From Microcoleus sp. (lineage in GTDB: Bacteria > Cyanobacteriota > Cyanobacteriia > Cyanobacteriales > Microcoleaceae), in the NCBI GenBank assembly GCA_052279835.1, contig CP181291.1, positions 5,216,001 to 5,280,000 on the forward strand: 64,000 bases of DNA. Reading direction: 5' to 3'. The notes under the pieces are model-generated. The model did no database searches. It was not told where the DNA came from and saw only the letters and a program-made list of their open reading frames with translations. Each line of letters opens with the position of its first letter. The stretch's first letter is position 1. Below, piece by piece: positions 10,950-23,225 of the stretch. A program made the position numbers and the translations under genes.

Positions 10950-11110
10950 CTAGGGCGAGTTTTCCAACCACAACAACAGAATGCAGGCGATCGCGATCGT
11001 AGCTGTATAATTTGCCACTAGCTTCTCCTATCGGGTAGCAATGCGACGAAATTGTTGGATTCGGTTAATCGCAGGTTCAACGCGGTTTTAACTTTTCCCA
11101 TTGTTCGTTA
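10950..11110 (-). mobile_element. Internally deleted IS5-family (IS427-like) remnant
   Basis: Minus strand reads SNEQWEKLKP (N-term) joined to RVEPAINRIQQFRRIATR*EKL..ILLLWL (C-term), ending GAAAACTCGCCCTAG. Confidence 0.75.
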
Positions 11111-11189
11111 CTATGGTAACTATCTAGTCCTTACCACCATCAATAATTAAGGCCAGTGTTTTTTTTGACTGTTGAAATTTTCCTTCTTA

Positions 11190-11356
11190 AATGGTGCTGC
11201 CAATATTCTGAGAAAAGTAGCCAGTAAGTTAGGTGTAGGCTTAAACCAACTGGGTAGACGGTCTTTGACGACCGTAGCGAGAGTTAGACTTTGGGTAATA
11301 CCCAAAGTCTACTTTGTCCGCAGAATCGAGCGTGTCTTTAGACCTGAGAGTGTCAA
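11190..11356 (+). mobile_element. tnpB: IS200/IS605 remnant: tnpB 3' end plus right end
   Basis: NGAANILRKVA..LG..L..LGR.SLTT..RVRLW TnpB C-terminus, then AGAATC...TCTTTAGA...GAGTGTCAA right-end motif. Confidence 0.75.
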
Positions 11357-11401
11357 CAACTTGCAATCTGCTCTAACAACTAGCTCTTCAACTAGCAACT
11401 G

Positions 11402-14400
11402 TCAACTGTTAGGCAGCGTCACCGTAAAGGTAGTTTTGCCAGAGACAGATGTAAAAGTAATTGTTCCTTGATGTTTTTCCAAGATCTTTCTAACAATATC
11501 TAGCCCTAAACCGCTTCCTTCTCCTGCTGGTTTGGTAGTGAAGAAAGGTTGAAAAATTCGCTCTTGAATATCTGGAGAAATCCCGCAACCCGAGTCTGTG
11601 ATTTCTACTACAATATTTCGCTCTTTCTGATGCACGTCGATTTCCAGAGTCCCTTTGCCATCCATCGCTTGAACTGCATTGTGAATTAAGTTTGTCCAGA
11701 CTTGCACGAGTTCGTCGGGATAGCAAGGAATCTCTGGAACGGGTTGATAGTGACGAGTGACCTCGACACCCTTCTTGAGATAATTATGGTACAATGCCAG
11801 CACGGTTTCAATAGTGTCAGTAATCTGAGCCGATCGCTTTTCCTCAGTGTGGTCGTAACGAGCGTAGCTCTTGAGGGCGAAGACTATTTTTGAAGCTCGT
11901 TCGACGGCGTTGTTAATGTTTTGGCTGTTGACTTGCAGGCGGGCAATATCGTAGGCAATTTGCACGATTTGGTTGGCTTGAGGCGTTTGCAGCAAAGACA
12001 TTTGAGAGTCAAAACTCTGATGTATTCCCCCTTCTGTTAGCAGGTGAGCCAGTTGTTTGGCATTGGCAATGTTATCAGATTCAAGCTGTTGAGTCAGCGT
12101 GCGTTTAATTTGACGTTTTTCGCGGGTACTCAGGCTCGATTGAGTGCTCAGAGCTTGTTTGAGGACGCTGAAAAAGTCGGCTTGCTGTTGCTCGGTGAGT
12201 TGGGGCAACAGTTGGGGCAGTTGAAATAACGAGGATTCTAAGGCTTTATCCGTGTTGCCGATCGCGGCGCGAATTGCTCCTAAAGGTGTGTTAATTTCAT
12301 GAGCTACTCCGGCAACCAGTTGTCCGAGGGCGGCCATTTTTTCCGATTGAATTAGCTCATTTTGAGTGGCTTGGAGAGTGTCGAGGGTGTTTTGCAATTC
12401 TCGAGTGCGATCGGTAACTCTTTGTTCCAGGTTGTTATAGAGTTGAGCGTTATCAATGGCGATCGCGGCTTGTCCAGATAATAGTTGAATAATTTCCAAT
12501 CTGTCAGGGGTAAACGCTCCAGTGGTTAAATTATTTTCCAGATAGACAATGCCGCTGAGTTGACCTTGATTGAGCAGTGGCGCACACAAAATAGATTTGG
12601 TTTGATGCGCTTTAATGTACGGGTCAAGTGTAAATTTGCCTTGATTTGCGGCATCGTTTTTAACAACTGTTTCTCTGGTACGGGTGACATAGTTGACGAT
12701 CGATGCGGGTAAGTGGTTGTCAATGGGGATTGACTGCAATACGGTGATGCGATCGGCATCCACATTTCCAGAAGCTTCGATCGCCCATTGTCCCGGCTTT
12801 GTCCAAAATTAGAAAGCCTGTTTGCGCTCCCGCATTTTGAATGAGAATTTTCATTAAGTTGGCGAGTAACTTATCGAGGACAATTTCGCCGGAAATCGCT
12901 TGGGAGGCTTTGATTATGGTGGCTAAATCCAAAGCTTCATCGGACCTAATACCAGTTGACGTCCTGGTAGTTGTCGTGCTTGTGGCTGTGATGCTCTTTG
13001 CTGGGGAAGATGATTTCGTCAGTAACTGCGGGTATTTTTCCTCCAAATCTTCCACCTTGCGTTTAGCGCCCCAGCGTTGGTAGCCATAGTGAGCTTCACT
13101 CATGTAGACTTTAGCAATCTTCTCTTTGCCTTTACCTAACCAAAACTTAGCAGCTAGTTCCGACGCTAGCGCTTCATTCTGCAAAAATTTATTTGCTCGC
13201 GCTGAATCGATCGCTTCGTCATACAAATCCTCCGCTTCCAGAGCATTGCCTGTAATTCGCGCCAACTCAGCTTCGATTAGCAGACGTTGATGAAGGTAGG
13301 TACTCGGACAATGTTTACTCCAGAGTTTGAATTTCTCAAGATTGGATTTAATCTTCTCCACATATTGTGCCTGTTTTTCACCATCAGCACAGTCATACCC
13401 AACTGATAAGGCTAGACATTGATGAAAATGGAAAGCCGGATTAATAAAAATCCCCGTCGCGCCTGTCAAATATTTTTCGGCAGAGTTAGCATAGTTTATC
13501 GCTTTCTCAGAATCTGAATACCAGTTGGCTAAAGACAATTTACAGGCCAATTCTAAAAATACCGTGAATAAATCATTTTTTTCAAGGCAAGAATTAATTA
13601 TTTCCTTGGCATTCGGCCATAAAGATTCATCAAGAACACTCCAATCTTCAACGGGTTCTATCAAATTATAAATAGTCGCTTTAATCGCATAATAATATTG
13701 CACCATGTTTGGATCTACTTTTCTCAATCCAGGTGTTATTCTATCAATTTTTTCGGATAATTCTTTTAAGGAATCAGTTCCCCAAAAACACATAAACAAA
13801 AAGTTGATTGCACAATATCCCGCCCATTGATAGGCACCGTTTTCTACACCGCTATAATAACCTCTCATTAAATGCTCTTTAGAGCGATCGAGATGTTCAG
13901 TGTAATGGGAAACAAATCCTCCCCACATATTCAAAATTAATGCTTCATAAGGCTTAATTTGATACTTGTCATCGTTCAATCTCAAGGCTAAACTGCCAAA
14001 TTTATAGGCGGTTTCAAAATCTTGCGCTACAAAGGCAAGTGTTAATGAATAATATATATACCCAACTGAAGAGTGAGGATTGTTCCCATAGGCGAGCGAT
14101 AGCTCAATCATTTTTATGCCTATTATGAACAGCAATCTAGACCCTAAAAAGTAAGATGGAGGTAAACATTCTCTGAGGAGTACCATAGTAGCAAGTTTTT
14201 CAGGGTCTTGCATTTCAGGCAGGTCTATAAAAGTTTCAATTTTCCTGGCAGCGATTGTCTCATTAGCACGATCCACTTCTGCTATAAGTTCATCTTCTTC
14301 AGGAAAAGCTTTCAACTTGATTCCCAATAGTTCGAGGGTCTGTATTCCCAGATCTAAGGAGGATTCCAAATCATTTTTCATTCGATATAAAGTCACTTTA

Positions 14401-17063
14401 TATTCATTGACTTTACACCGATCCAACAAACTATCGATATGTTCAAGGCATTCATCAAAAGTTGATAAAGCTTCGTCCCAGCTAGCAGTTAAATATTCTA
14501 TTTCACCTTTTTCAAGGTGATAGGAAAATGTTAAATTATAGTCTTCGTCCCAGCTATTATGGGGTAAAAGTTGCATCCCATTGGTTATATATATTAATGC
14601 AGGTTGATAGGCGGTCGAGAATTTAGCTTTTCTGCCAGCGATGAGATTCAATCTAGCTAATTGTTGTTTTTCCCCTTTATCGCCGAGCAATGATTGTCCT
14701 TTATTCAGGTGATTTACTATATCAAATATTCGTTCTTCTAACTCTGATTGTTCAAACTTATTTAACAGAATACGACCAATTTTTAAGTGAATTTCTTGTT
14801 TGTCTTTTTCGTCACTCAGCGAGTAAGCTGCTTGCTGCACCCGGTCATGCAGGAATTTATAATCTTGAATTAACAGTTCTCGATCTAACTCGGATGCAGG
14901 TAAGATTAACCCGGACTGAACTGCTGCTGTTAGATCTTTAGAAACTTCGGACGTAGATTTTTCACTGATGATAGAAAGGGTGTTTAAGTCGAAAGAAGAA
15001 CCGACGCAAGCCGCTAAACGTAAAACCTGCTGAGTTGAGTCTGGAAGTTTCTTCAACTTACCAATCATCAACTCCACCACATTCTCTGTGATCCCCATTG
15101 CTTCGATTCGAGGAATATTCCACTGCCAGATGTGGCGCTCAAAATCAAAATTTAGTAAACTTTCAGCATACAGGGTTTTCAGAAATTCATTGACAAAGAA
15201 AGGATTGCCCTCTGTTTTCCGCACTACCAATTCTGCCAAGGGCTTTACTGATGCGATGTCACCGTGCAATGTGTCGGCAATCAGTTGACCGATCGACTCT
15301 AGTGCTAAGGATGCTAAAGTAATAAAGTTGACAGTTGCCCCAACATTCCGCAGCCCATCAAGAGTCACCATCAACGGGTGAGTGGGGTTGACTTCGTTAT
15401 CCCGATACGCCCCAATCAGAAACAGGTATTGTGTATCTGCATCCGTCATCATCAGTTCGATTAACTTGAGAGTAGCGGAGTCTGCCCACTGTAAATCATC
15501 TAAAAAAATGACTAAGGGATGTTCTTTTGTACAAAAGGCTCGGATGAAGTTTTGGAAGACGAGATTAAAGCGATTTTGAGATTCTTGGGACCCTAACTCT
15601 GGGACGGCTGACTGTTTGCCGACTATCACTTCCACTTCGGGAATTACATCAATAATTACTTGACCGTTATTACCAACTGCGGTTAATAGTTTTTTTCGCC
15701 ACAGGTTTAGTTGTGCTTCGCTTTCTGTTAACAGTTGCCGCACCAATTCTTTAAAAGAGCTGACAAAAGCCGAGTAGGGAATATTGCGCTGAAATTGGTC
15801 GAATTTGCCACTGATGAAATAACCGCGTTTTTCTGTAATGGGTTTATAAATTTCTTGTACTAGGGCTGATTTACCAATGCCGGAATAACCCGCAACGAGC
15901 ATGAGTTCTACTCTTCCCCCGTCGGGCTTGAGTTCGCCTGGGAATAAATTCCCAGGATCGTAGCTAAAGTCCGTTAAAACCGACTCAAGAGGTACATTTT
16001 CAGTCGGTTGAAACCGAAAGGATCTATTAGCCGGGGATTGAAGCGAAGCGATGGTTTCGTCAGATGTGGGTAATGAATTGGAGTTAGCTTGGGAACCTGC
16101 AACGCGCTCGAATGCTGCTAGTAAGGTTTCAACTTCTTGTTCCCTACCGTAGAGTTTTTGGGGAATTTGAAACTTATCAGAAATATCTCTTGAGGCGAGG
16201 GTAAACTGTGATATTTCTCCATTAGTTTTTAGCTGGGTTAGACAGGTTTCCAAATCGGCTTTGATTCCGCGGGCACTTTGATATCGTTCCTCTGCCGTTT
16301 TTGCCATCAGTTTCATCACAATATCTGAAACCGCTTTGGGAATTTCTGAATTAATTTCATGCGGTGGCGAAGGTACTTTAGCAAGATGACAATGCACCAA
16401 TTCCAGCGCATCAACAGACTCAAATGGTAGCTTGCGGGTAAGTAGTTCGTAGAAGGTGACACCGAGGGAGTAGAAATCTGTGCGGTAATCTAGGGAACGG
16501 TTCATCCGTCCCGTTTGCTCCGGCGACATATAGGCTAAAGTCCCTTCTAAAACATGGGGATTTTTTAGGGTAGGATTTTCGCGGGTTAATTGGGTGGAAA
16601 TGCCAAAGTCGATGATTTTGAGAATTCCGGTTTCTGGATTGAAGACGATATTGGATGGGTTGATATCTTTGTGGATAATATTGCTGCTGTGAATTTGACC
16701 TAAAATTTCTGTGATTTTGATGGCAATTTTGAGAAATTCTGGGATAGAAAAGTCAGAAATTGACGGGATATTACCGTCTAGAAATTGTCTGAATGAGAAT
16801 GCACCAAAATCCTCAAGGACGATGGCTAATGTTCTTTGATATGGTTCTAATGCGTAAGTCTTAACTATGCCCTCTAAACGTAAGTTGCAATTGATTTCAT
16901 ATTCTTGTTTGTATCGAGTGATTTCCGCAGGTGTAGGATAGTCTTGTTTGAGTGCCTTGATGATAACTGCTCGATCGTCTTGTTCTCGGCTAGCTCGATA
17001 GACTACAGAATTAGCGCTTTCGTAGATTTGTGCCAGAATCTGGTATCCGGGAAATTTCATCAT
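11402..17063 (-). CDS. Ser/Thr kinase-AAA ATPase-GAF-histidine kinase hybrid (HstK type); +1 frameshift at 12792-12794
   Basis: IHKDINP, DFG, YMSPEQTG; GYSGIGKS, FLDDLQW; GAF; GVAHEINTP and GSGLGL; removing one G joins the two ORFs (DKAGQWAIEASGNVDAD). Confidence 0.9.
15931..16045. repeat. Multi-hairpin REP/MITE-like element embedded in frame in the kinase gene
   Basis: Colinear with the element at 27306-27418 (agtYcgcc-hairpin-tagcNaaagtcc...gactcaagaggt...ggggaattga/ggggattga). Confidence 0.7.
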
Positions 17064-17164
17064 AAGTCACCGTCAAAAAATTGTAATTATGAGAGTGCCA
17101 GGGTCTTACCTTCCACTCTCGATCGTACAATCGGAGTTGAGATTATATCATGTCTGGTCGATTG

Positions 17165-17460
17165 ACCGTTGTTCCAGTAGTTTTTGGACGAAACTTTTAG
17201 ACACATCAAATCTGGCAGCTACTTTTCTAATCGAAGTGTTCCCTTGTGAGTACGCTTTGACTATTTTTTTTCTAAATTCTATGGAGTAAGCTTTCATCAG
17301 ACACTTGCCGATGAACGACTGGTTTGAGGAGATTTTAGAGGATTTGTTATACGATCGTACTGAGTTGGGTTCGATCGTACACAGACTGCGGAGGGCGATC
17401 GTACTGTTAGCTTGTAAACTCCCAAATTTAGTGTACCTCATAAACCTGCAATCTGCTGTA
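17165..17460 (-). mobile_element. IS630-family remnant: left end plus N-terminal HTH
   Basis: MKAYSIEFRKKIV...SIRKVAARFDVSKSFVQKLL from 17297; end TACAGCAGATTGCAGGTTTATGAGGTACA beginning at a TA. Confidence 0.82.
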
Positions 17461-17846
17461 AGTCCAATCAAGACCCTCTAAATCCTGAATGTCCATTGCT
17501 AGCCAGCCAGAAAAACCTGTATCTAGCAGGGCATCAACAAGTAATTATAAGCCCTGATCGGCAATTAATTCAACTTCAAAAAATAGCTCGTCCTCATCAC
17601 CAAAGATTCCCTCAATCATATCGTGCCACAAACTCCGGTTTCATCTAGCCGAAAGACCTATCGTGCAACAGTAGCCTGTCTATCTAGAATGTAATTGCAT
17701 CAATGCTAGTGCATCAGTATTGTAGCAACGTTTTATATAAACGGTATTGCAAGTGCACGTTCTGGGACGCTCTCAGTCACACTTGACACTTTTTTATCTC
17801 AAGTGTTAGCGTATTTTTCGTCAATAACATTTTTCGGAGATATATC

Positions 17847-18605
17847 GTGGCAAACACTTTGAACTTAACTAACAATGCTGATAATTTTACGATCGCTGCT
17901 GGTTTGATAGCTCAGTTTCCAGGAGGTGTTTTAGGATTAGGAAGCAATGATACCATTGTGGGTTCGATTGAGAATGATATCGCCAATGGCAATGATGGTA
18001 AAGATATTTTATTCGGCAGAGATGGCAATGACAACTTGCAAGGTGGTAAAGGCGAAGATGATTTATACGGTGAAGGTGGCAGAGACATTTTGACTGGTGG
18101 TTCTGATGATGATTATATCGTAGGTGGTGACGGAGATGATGTCTTGAATGGCGGCCGAGGTGATGATTTGTTAGAAGGAGGTGCGGGTAACGATACTCTG
18201 AGCGGCGATCGGGGTTACACTTATTACAAAGGGGGAACGGGCAGTGATGTGTTTGTGCTGAGAACGGATGTTGTTGCAGAAGATCCAAGGCGTAACTCTC
18301 GTAGTTTACAGTCGTGGGATGGTATTCTAGACTTTGAAAAGTCCGTCGATCGCATTGGTTTGACTGGCGGTTTAACTGAGGCAAATATCACACTCGTTCC
18401 CTTTTCTCTGTCGCTATCGAGTGTTTTTTTCGTTTCAGGCAGATTTCCTCGAGAAGGCAAAATTTCAGCCGCCGATACAGATGTAGATAAAAATGGCCGT
18501 TATGACGGTACTACGATTCAAATTGCTGCCACAGGTCAAGTTTTAGGTAGAGTGCTGAATGTGACACCATCTGACTTGCAGGGTCGTTTTATTACACTCT
18601 CTTGA
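17847..18605 (+). CDS. Small RTX/hemolysin-type calcium-binding protein
   Basis: GGxGxDxL nonapeptides; C-terminal DVFVL...ILDF...DRIGL. Confidence 0.85.
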   Translation: MANTLNLTNNADNFTIAAGLIAQFPGGVLGLGSNDTIVGSIENDIANGNDGKDILFGRDGNDNLQGGKGEDDLYGEGGRDILTGGSDDDYIVGGDGDDVLNGGRGDDLLEGGAGNDTLSGDRGYTYYKGGTGSDVFVLRTDVVAEDPRRNSRSLQSWDGILDFEKSVDRIGLTGGLTEANITLVPFSLSLSSVFFVSGRFPREGKISAADTDVDKNGRYDGTTIQIAATGQVLGRVLNVTPSDLQGRFITLS

Positions 18606-18623
18606 CGCTCCACGGGGATTAAC

Positions 18624-18739
18624 TGGTTCCTAGGCTCTGCCTGGGAACCCATTTCTAGAGGCTCTGCCTCGTTTTGGAAGTAGGAAAAATCGAGGCAGAG
18701 CCTCCGGATCTGCGTTACCAGGCAGAGCCTGGTAACGAG
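18624..18739. repeat. REP-like palindromic cluster (AGGCTCTGCCT / AGGCAGAGCCT)
   Basis: Four AGGCAGAGCCT-type units in nested inverted arrangement between convergent genes; partial copy near 55616. Confidence 0.8.
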
Positions 18740-18744
18740 TGAAA

Positions 18745-20653
18745 TTAGACGCTGACAGGTGACTGTTTGCGGCTGAATGTTGCCAAGATGCGATCGCACA
18801 TTTGCGATGGAGTTAAACCCAAAGTTGCAAAGGATTGTTCCGGCGTTGCATGATCTACCAATGTATCAGGTACGCCCAAGCGCATTACTGGCACAACCAC
18901 GTTATTATCTAGCAAAGCTTCGGCCACTGCTGAACCGAAACCGCCCATCAAACAGCCTTCTTCCATGGTGACAACTTTGCCAATTCGCTGGGCTAAAGGC
19001 AAGATTAATTCGGTGTCTAAAGGCTTGACAAAACGCGCATTGATGACTGTTGCTTCGATGCCGTGTTCGCTCAACATTTCGGCGGTTTGCATTGCTGGAT
19101 ACACCATGGAACCGTAACCTAATATCAGCACGTCGTCCCCATTGCGAAGGATTTCCGCTTTACCGATCGCCAATTCTTCCCAACCTTCTTCCATCAAAGG
19201 TACGCCGTAACCGTTACCACGCGGGTAACGCATGGCGATCGGACCGCTGGTATGATTAACTCCCGTGACTACCATCCGCTGCAATTCGGCTTCATCTTTG
19301 GGAGCCATAATTGTCAGATTTGGCAAGCAGCGCAAGAAAGAAATGTCATACATTCCTTGGTGAGTTGGGCCATCAGCGCCGACGATTCCGGCTCGATCCA
19401 AACAGAAGAAAACTGGTAAGTTTTGGATACAGACATCGTGAACTATTTGGTCATATCCCCGTTGCAAAAAGGTTGAATAAATTGCGACTACCGGGCGCAT
19501 TCCTTCGCAGGCTAAACCAGCAGATAATGTGACGGCGTGCTGTTCGGCAATGCCGACATCAATGTACTGTTTAGGCAGTTTTTCCTGAAGTTTATCTAAG
19601 CCAGTTCCCGTTGCCATGGCGGCGGTAATGCCAACAACTTTCGGATTGTTTTCTGCTAGTTTAACTAGACAGTGGGCAAAAACTTTTGAATAAGCTGGAG
19701 GCTTTGGTTTTGTGGAAGGAATGCCTTTACCTGTGGCTAAGTTAAAGGGATTTTGGGCGTGATATCCTACTTGGTCTTTTTCGGCGATCGCATATCCTTT
19801 GCCCTTTACCGTCACGACGTGAACTAACACCGGGCCTTGGATGGTATGACCTTGCTTGAAAGTGGCAATTAACTCTTCCAAATTGTGTCCATCTACCGGG
19901 CCCATGTAGGTAAAACCTAATTCTTCAATGACGGCTCCTACTTTGGACACGGCTAACCGTTTCATCCCTTCTTTGAGGCGTTCCATTTCTGGAGTAAATG
20001 TTTCGCCCACAAACGGAATTTGTTTGAATTGTTCCTCTAAGTTATCTTTGAGAAATTGGACTGGCTGCGAGAGTCGCATCTTGTTCAAATAGCGAGTAAT
20101 TGCGCCGACATTGGGGGAGATTGACATCTCGTTGTCGTTGAGCACTACCATCACATTAGTTTTCGGCATATGGCCTGCGTGGTTAATCGCTTCGAGTGCC
20201 ATACCCCCTGTGAGGGCTCCATCACCGATGACTGCTACAGTTTTAAAGTTTTCGCCTTTGAGGTCGCGCGCCATGGCCATTCCCAGAGCTGCGGAAATGC
20301 TCGTAGAAGCGTGGCCGGCACCAAAATGGTCAAATTTGTTCTCGCAGCGCTTGAGATAGCCTGCAACGCCGTCTTTTTGGCGCAGGGTATGGAATTGGTT
20401 GTAGCGGCCGGTGATTAGTTTGTGTGGGTAAGCTTGGTGGCCGACATCCCAGGTTACTTTGTCGCGATCGAGGTCTAGTGTCTGGTAGAGTGCTAAAGTC
20501 AGTTCGACTACGCCCAATCCGGGGCCGAGGTGCCCGCCACTGGCTGCTACAGTTTCTAAATGCTTTTCTCGAATTTGTCTGGCAATTTGTTCGAGTTGAT
20601 GAATGGACAAGCCATGTAATTGGTTTGGGTGAGTCAGTTTCGCTGAGATGCAT
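18745..20653 (-). CDS. dxs: 1-deoxy-D-xylulose-5-phosphate synthase; +1 frameshift at 20638-20640
   Basis: [38 protein letters not shown]; removing one A restores [18 protein letters not shown]. Confidence 0.97.
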
Positions 20654-21037
20654 ATTTTAAAATCTTGCTCCTGTGAATCAGGACGAATCCTTAACAGCTA
20701 TAGGTTGAGTCTGCGACGCTTGGGACGTGCAGGTTAGAATAGTTTAACGGTTATTTGCAAAAAACAGTGAAGTGTAACAATTTTATTGTTTCTGACTTGG
20801 GAATTATATTGTATTTTATCAGTTGTCAAACAAATTGGAGGAAAGGGCGATCGCACTTATCATCAAATACGATCGCCCTTCATCAAATTACAACATTCGC
20901 TCTAACTCAGTCGATCGCACTTCTGGCAATTTCTCGGCCCCTTTGGACCTTTAAAGAAGTTGCCGAACCATTCATCTCCCTCCTCTCTTCCTCTGCGCCC
21001 TCTGCGCCCTCTGCGGTTAAATAAATCCTATTTCTTC

Positions 21038-21086
21038 GTCCGCGTCGGCGGACTTAGTTTGACTTTCTGGCGGTTTCAACCGCCGA
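21038..21086. repeat. GTCCGC-GGCGGAC / GCGGTTTCAACCGC REP-like element
   Basis: Same family as 52344-52462 and 56457-56606. Confidence 0.75.
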
Positions 21087-21092
21087 GTCCCT

Positions 21093-23225
21093 CTAAACCC
21101 GCGTTTGACTTTTTTGAATTTCTTCTAATAGCCCCTCTCGACTCTTCGCAGGTTCCTTACAAGTAAAAGACTCACAAACCAACCCAAAAACCCCTGGCGG
21201 TAAATCAGTCTCAATCTGAAAAACAGCAATGGGATAATACTGTGAAATCAAACCAGAAACTAACTCAGGAGTCGTGCGAACCAAAGTAGAATGTTGATAC
21301 CAATCTAGAGCAGAAATCAGACTAGGACAAGCTTGGGGAGCATCTTGTATAATACTGCTGAAAGCTTGTAAACCTTGTTGGGCGCGATCGAGATATGCCA
21401 AATTTTGAGTCAACAGCGCTAAACGAACCAAAGAGGCGATCGCAATTCCATTAGCCGCCGGAGTAGCATTATCAGTATAACTGCGTTCCCGCACCAACAA
21501 ATCTCCGCTGCAATCAGAAGCAGTATTGTAATATCCTCCTAATTCTAAACTCCACAAAAACTCATCAAATTCGGCTTGCACTTCCACAGCCTGCTGCAAC
21601 CATTTGTCGGTTGTTTCTGCTGTAACTAGCGACAAACTCCCTTGATGCAAATCCAGCAGCGCTTTCACAAACAAAGCATAATCTTCCGACTGCGCCATCA
21701 CAGCCACTTTGCCATCATAATTCAAACGATGAAACCGACCATCAATCCACTGATGTTCTAAAATAAAATCAGCACTCTTGACAGCTAATTCCAGATATTC
21801 CAGATTGCCAAAAACAGCAGCAGCCCTTGCCAAACCAGAAATCATCAAGCTATTCCAAGCTACAATCATTTTAGTATCTGTTACTGCCGGAATTCTACCA
21901 GGCCAACTATTATTTTTAGCTTCCTGATTGTTCCGGGCTGGGGGAAAGGTTTTGACAGTATCGGGATGACCGCCATAACGAACTTGAAATAGTTTCGCCA
22001 AAGCCGTTTCTGCCGTTTCGCTCAATTTGCCGTCATGGCGGCGCTGCAATACATTTTTTCCTTCAAAATTGCCAGCACTACTAACAGTAAACTCTGCTTG
22101 AATTTCTGCTAATTCTTCAGCAGTCAACAGTTGTTCCAGTTCTCTATAAGTCCAAACATAAAACACTCCTTCTTCTGGTTCTGACCACCCCGTTTCCCCC
22201 CCTTGGTAAGGGGTGGTTAAATTTTCTGCCACCCCTTGGTAAGGGGGGGTTGGGGGGGTAAAACTGTCAGCATCTTGTGCAGCATAAAAATAGCCTGTAG
22301 GTGCGGTCATTTCCCGTTTTAACCATTCTACGGTCCCGGCGGTCGCAGTTTGAAACGCCGGTTCTTGAATTCCTGCACTCCACAAATTTGCTAAATACTC
22401 AACAATTTGACCGTTGTCATAGAGCATTTTTTCAAAGTGTGGTACTGTCCAGGTGTCATCGACTGTGTAACGGTGAAATCCGCCAGCCACATGGTCGTAA
22501 ATACCTCCCAATGCTAGGTCTAACCCGCGCTGAGTACAGGCTTGTTTGTTATCGTATTCAGCAGATTCCCAGTTAAATCGCGTTCCGCGTAGTGCTAAAT
22601 CAGCATAGGGCATCATGGGAAAACATGGAGCTCGATTACCTGTGGCAATAACTGCGGTGTTAGTTATTAAGCCTTTTTGAAATATTTCGTTACTTAATTT
22701 TGTGGTTACTCCTGACAGCATCGCTGACTGTTCGAGGTTGCCTAAGATTTCTGATTTAAAGGCTTGTAATTTACTTTTTTCTAGGTCATAAAAACGGCGA
22801 ATTGCTTGTAATACTTCTAAAAATCCCGGTCGTCCATAGCGCGGTTCAACGGGGAAATAAGTGCCACCGTAGAAGGGAATTCGCTCGTCTGGCGTGAGAA
22901 AAATGTTGAGTGGCCAACCACCTTGACCGGTCATCATTTGCAGTGCTTGCATATAAATGCTGTCGATGTCCGGGCGTTCTTCGCGATCGACTTTTACAGG
23001 AATAAAATGCGAATTCATGTATTGGGCGATCGCGTTATTAGAGAATGCTTCCCCTTCCATCACCGTGCACCAGTGACAGCTAGAGTAGCCAATGGACAGG
23101 AAAATCGGTTTATTTTGGCTGTGGGCGGTATCTAAGGCTTCGTCGCACCAGGGCCACCAGTCGATCGGATTTTCGGCGTGTTTCCGCAGGTAAAGGCTTT
23201 GGGATTGGGCAAGACGGTTGACCAT
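21093..23225 (-). CDS. Thioredoxin-domain protein, YyaL/DUF255 family
   Basis: NRLA..SLYLRKHA.NP, SCHWCTVM, VDREERPD, GGWPL, VPHFEKMLYDN. Confidence 0.93.
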   Translation of the reverse strand: MVNRLAQSQSLYLRKHAENPIDWWPWCDEALDTAHSQNKPIFLSIGYSSCHWCTVMEGEAFSNNAIAQYMNSHFIPVKVDREERPDIDSIYMQALQMMTGQGGWPLNIFLTPDERIPFYGGTYFPVEPRYGRPGFLEVLQAIRRFYDLEKSKLQAFKSEILGNLEQSAMLSGVTTKLSNEIFQKGLITNTAVIATGNRAPCFPMMPYADLALRGTRFNWESAEYDNKQACTQRGLDLALGGIYDHVAGGFHRYTVDDTWTVPHFEKMLYDNGQIVEYLANLWSAGIQEPAFQTATAGTVEWLKREMTAPTGYFYAAQDADSFTPPTPPYQGVAENLTTPYQGGETGWSEPEEGVFYVWTYRELEQLLTAEELAEIQAEFTVSSAGNFEGKNVLQRRHDGKLSETAETALAKLFQVRYGGHPDTVKTFPPARNNQEAKNNSWPGRIPAVTDTKMIVAWNSLMISGLARAAAVFGNLEYLELAVKSADFILEHQWIDGRFHRLNYDGKVAVMAQSEDYALFVKALLDLHQGSLSLVTAETTDKWLQQAVEVQAEFDEFLWSLELGGYYNTASDCSGDLLVRERSYTDNATPAANGIAIASLVRLALLTQNLAYLDRAQQGLQAFSSIIQDAPQACPSLISALDWYQHSTLVRTTPELVSGLISQYYPIAVFQIETDLPPGVFGLVCESFTCKEPAKSREGLLEEIQKSQTRV

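Noticed and set aside
12720..12800. Programmed frameshift splitting kinase and histidine kinase
   Set aside because: No slippery heptamer; same +1 pattern occurs in dxs, so error is more likely
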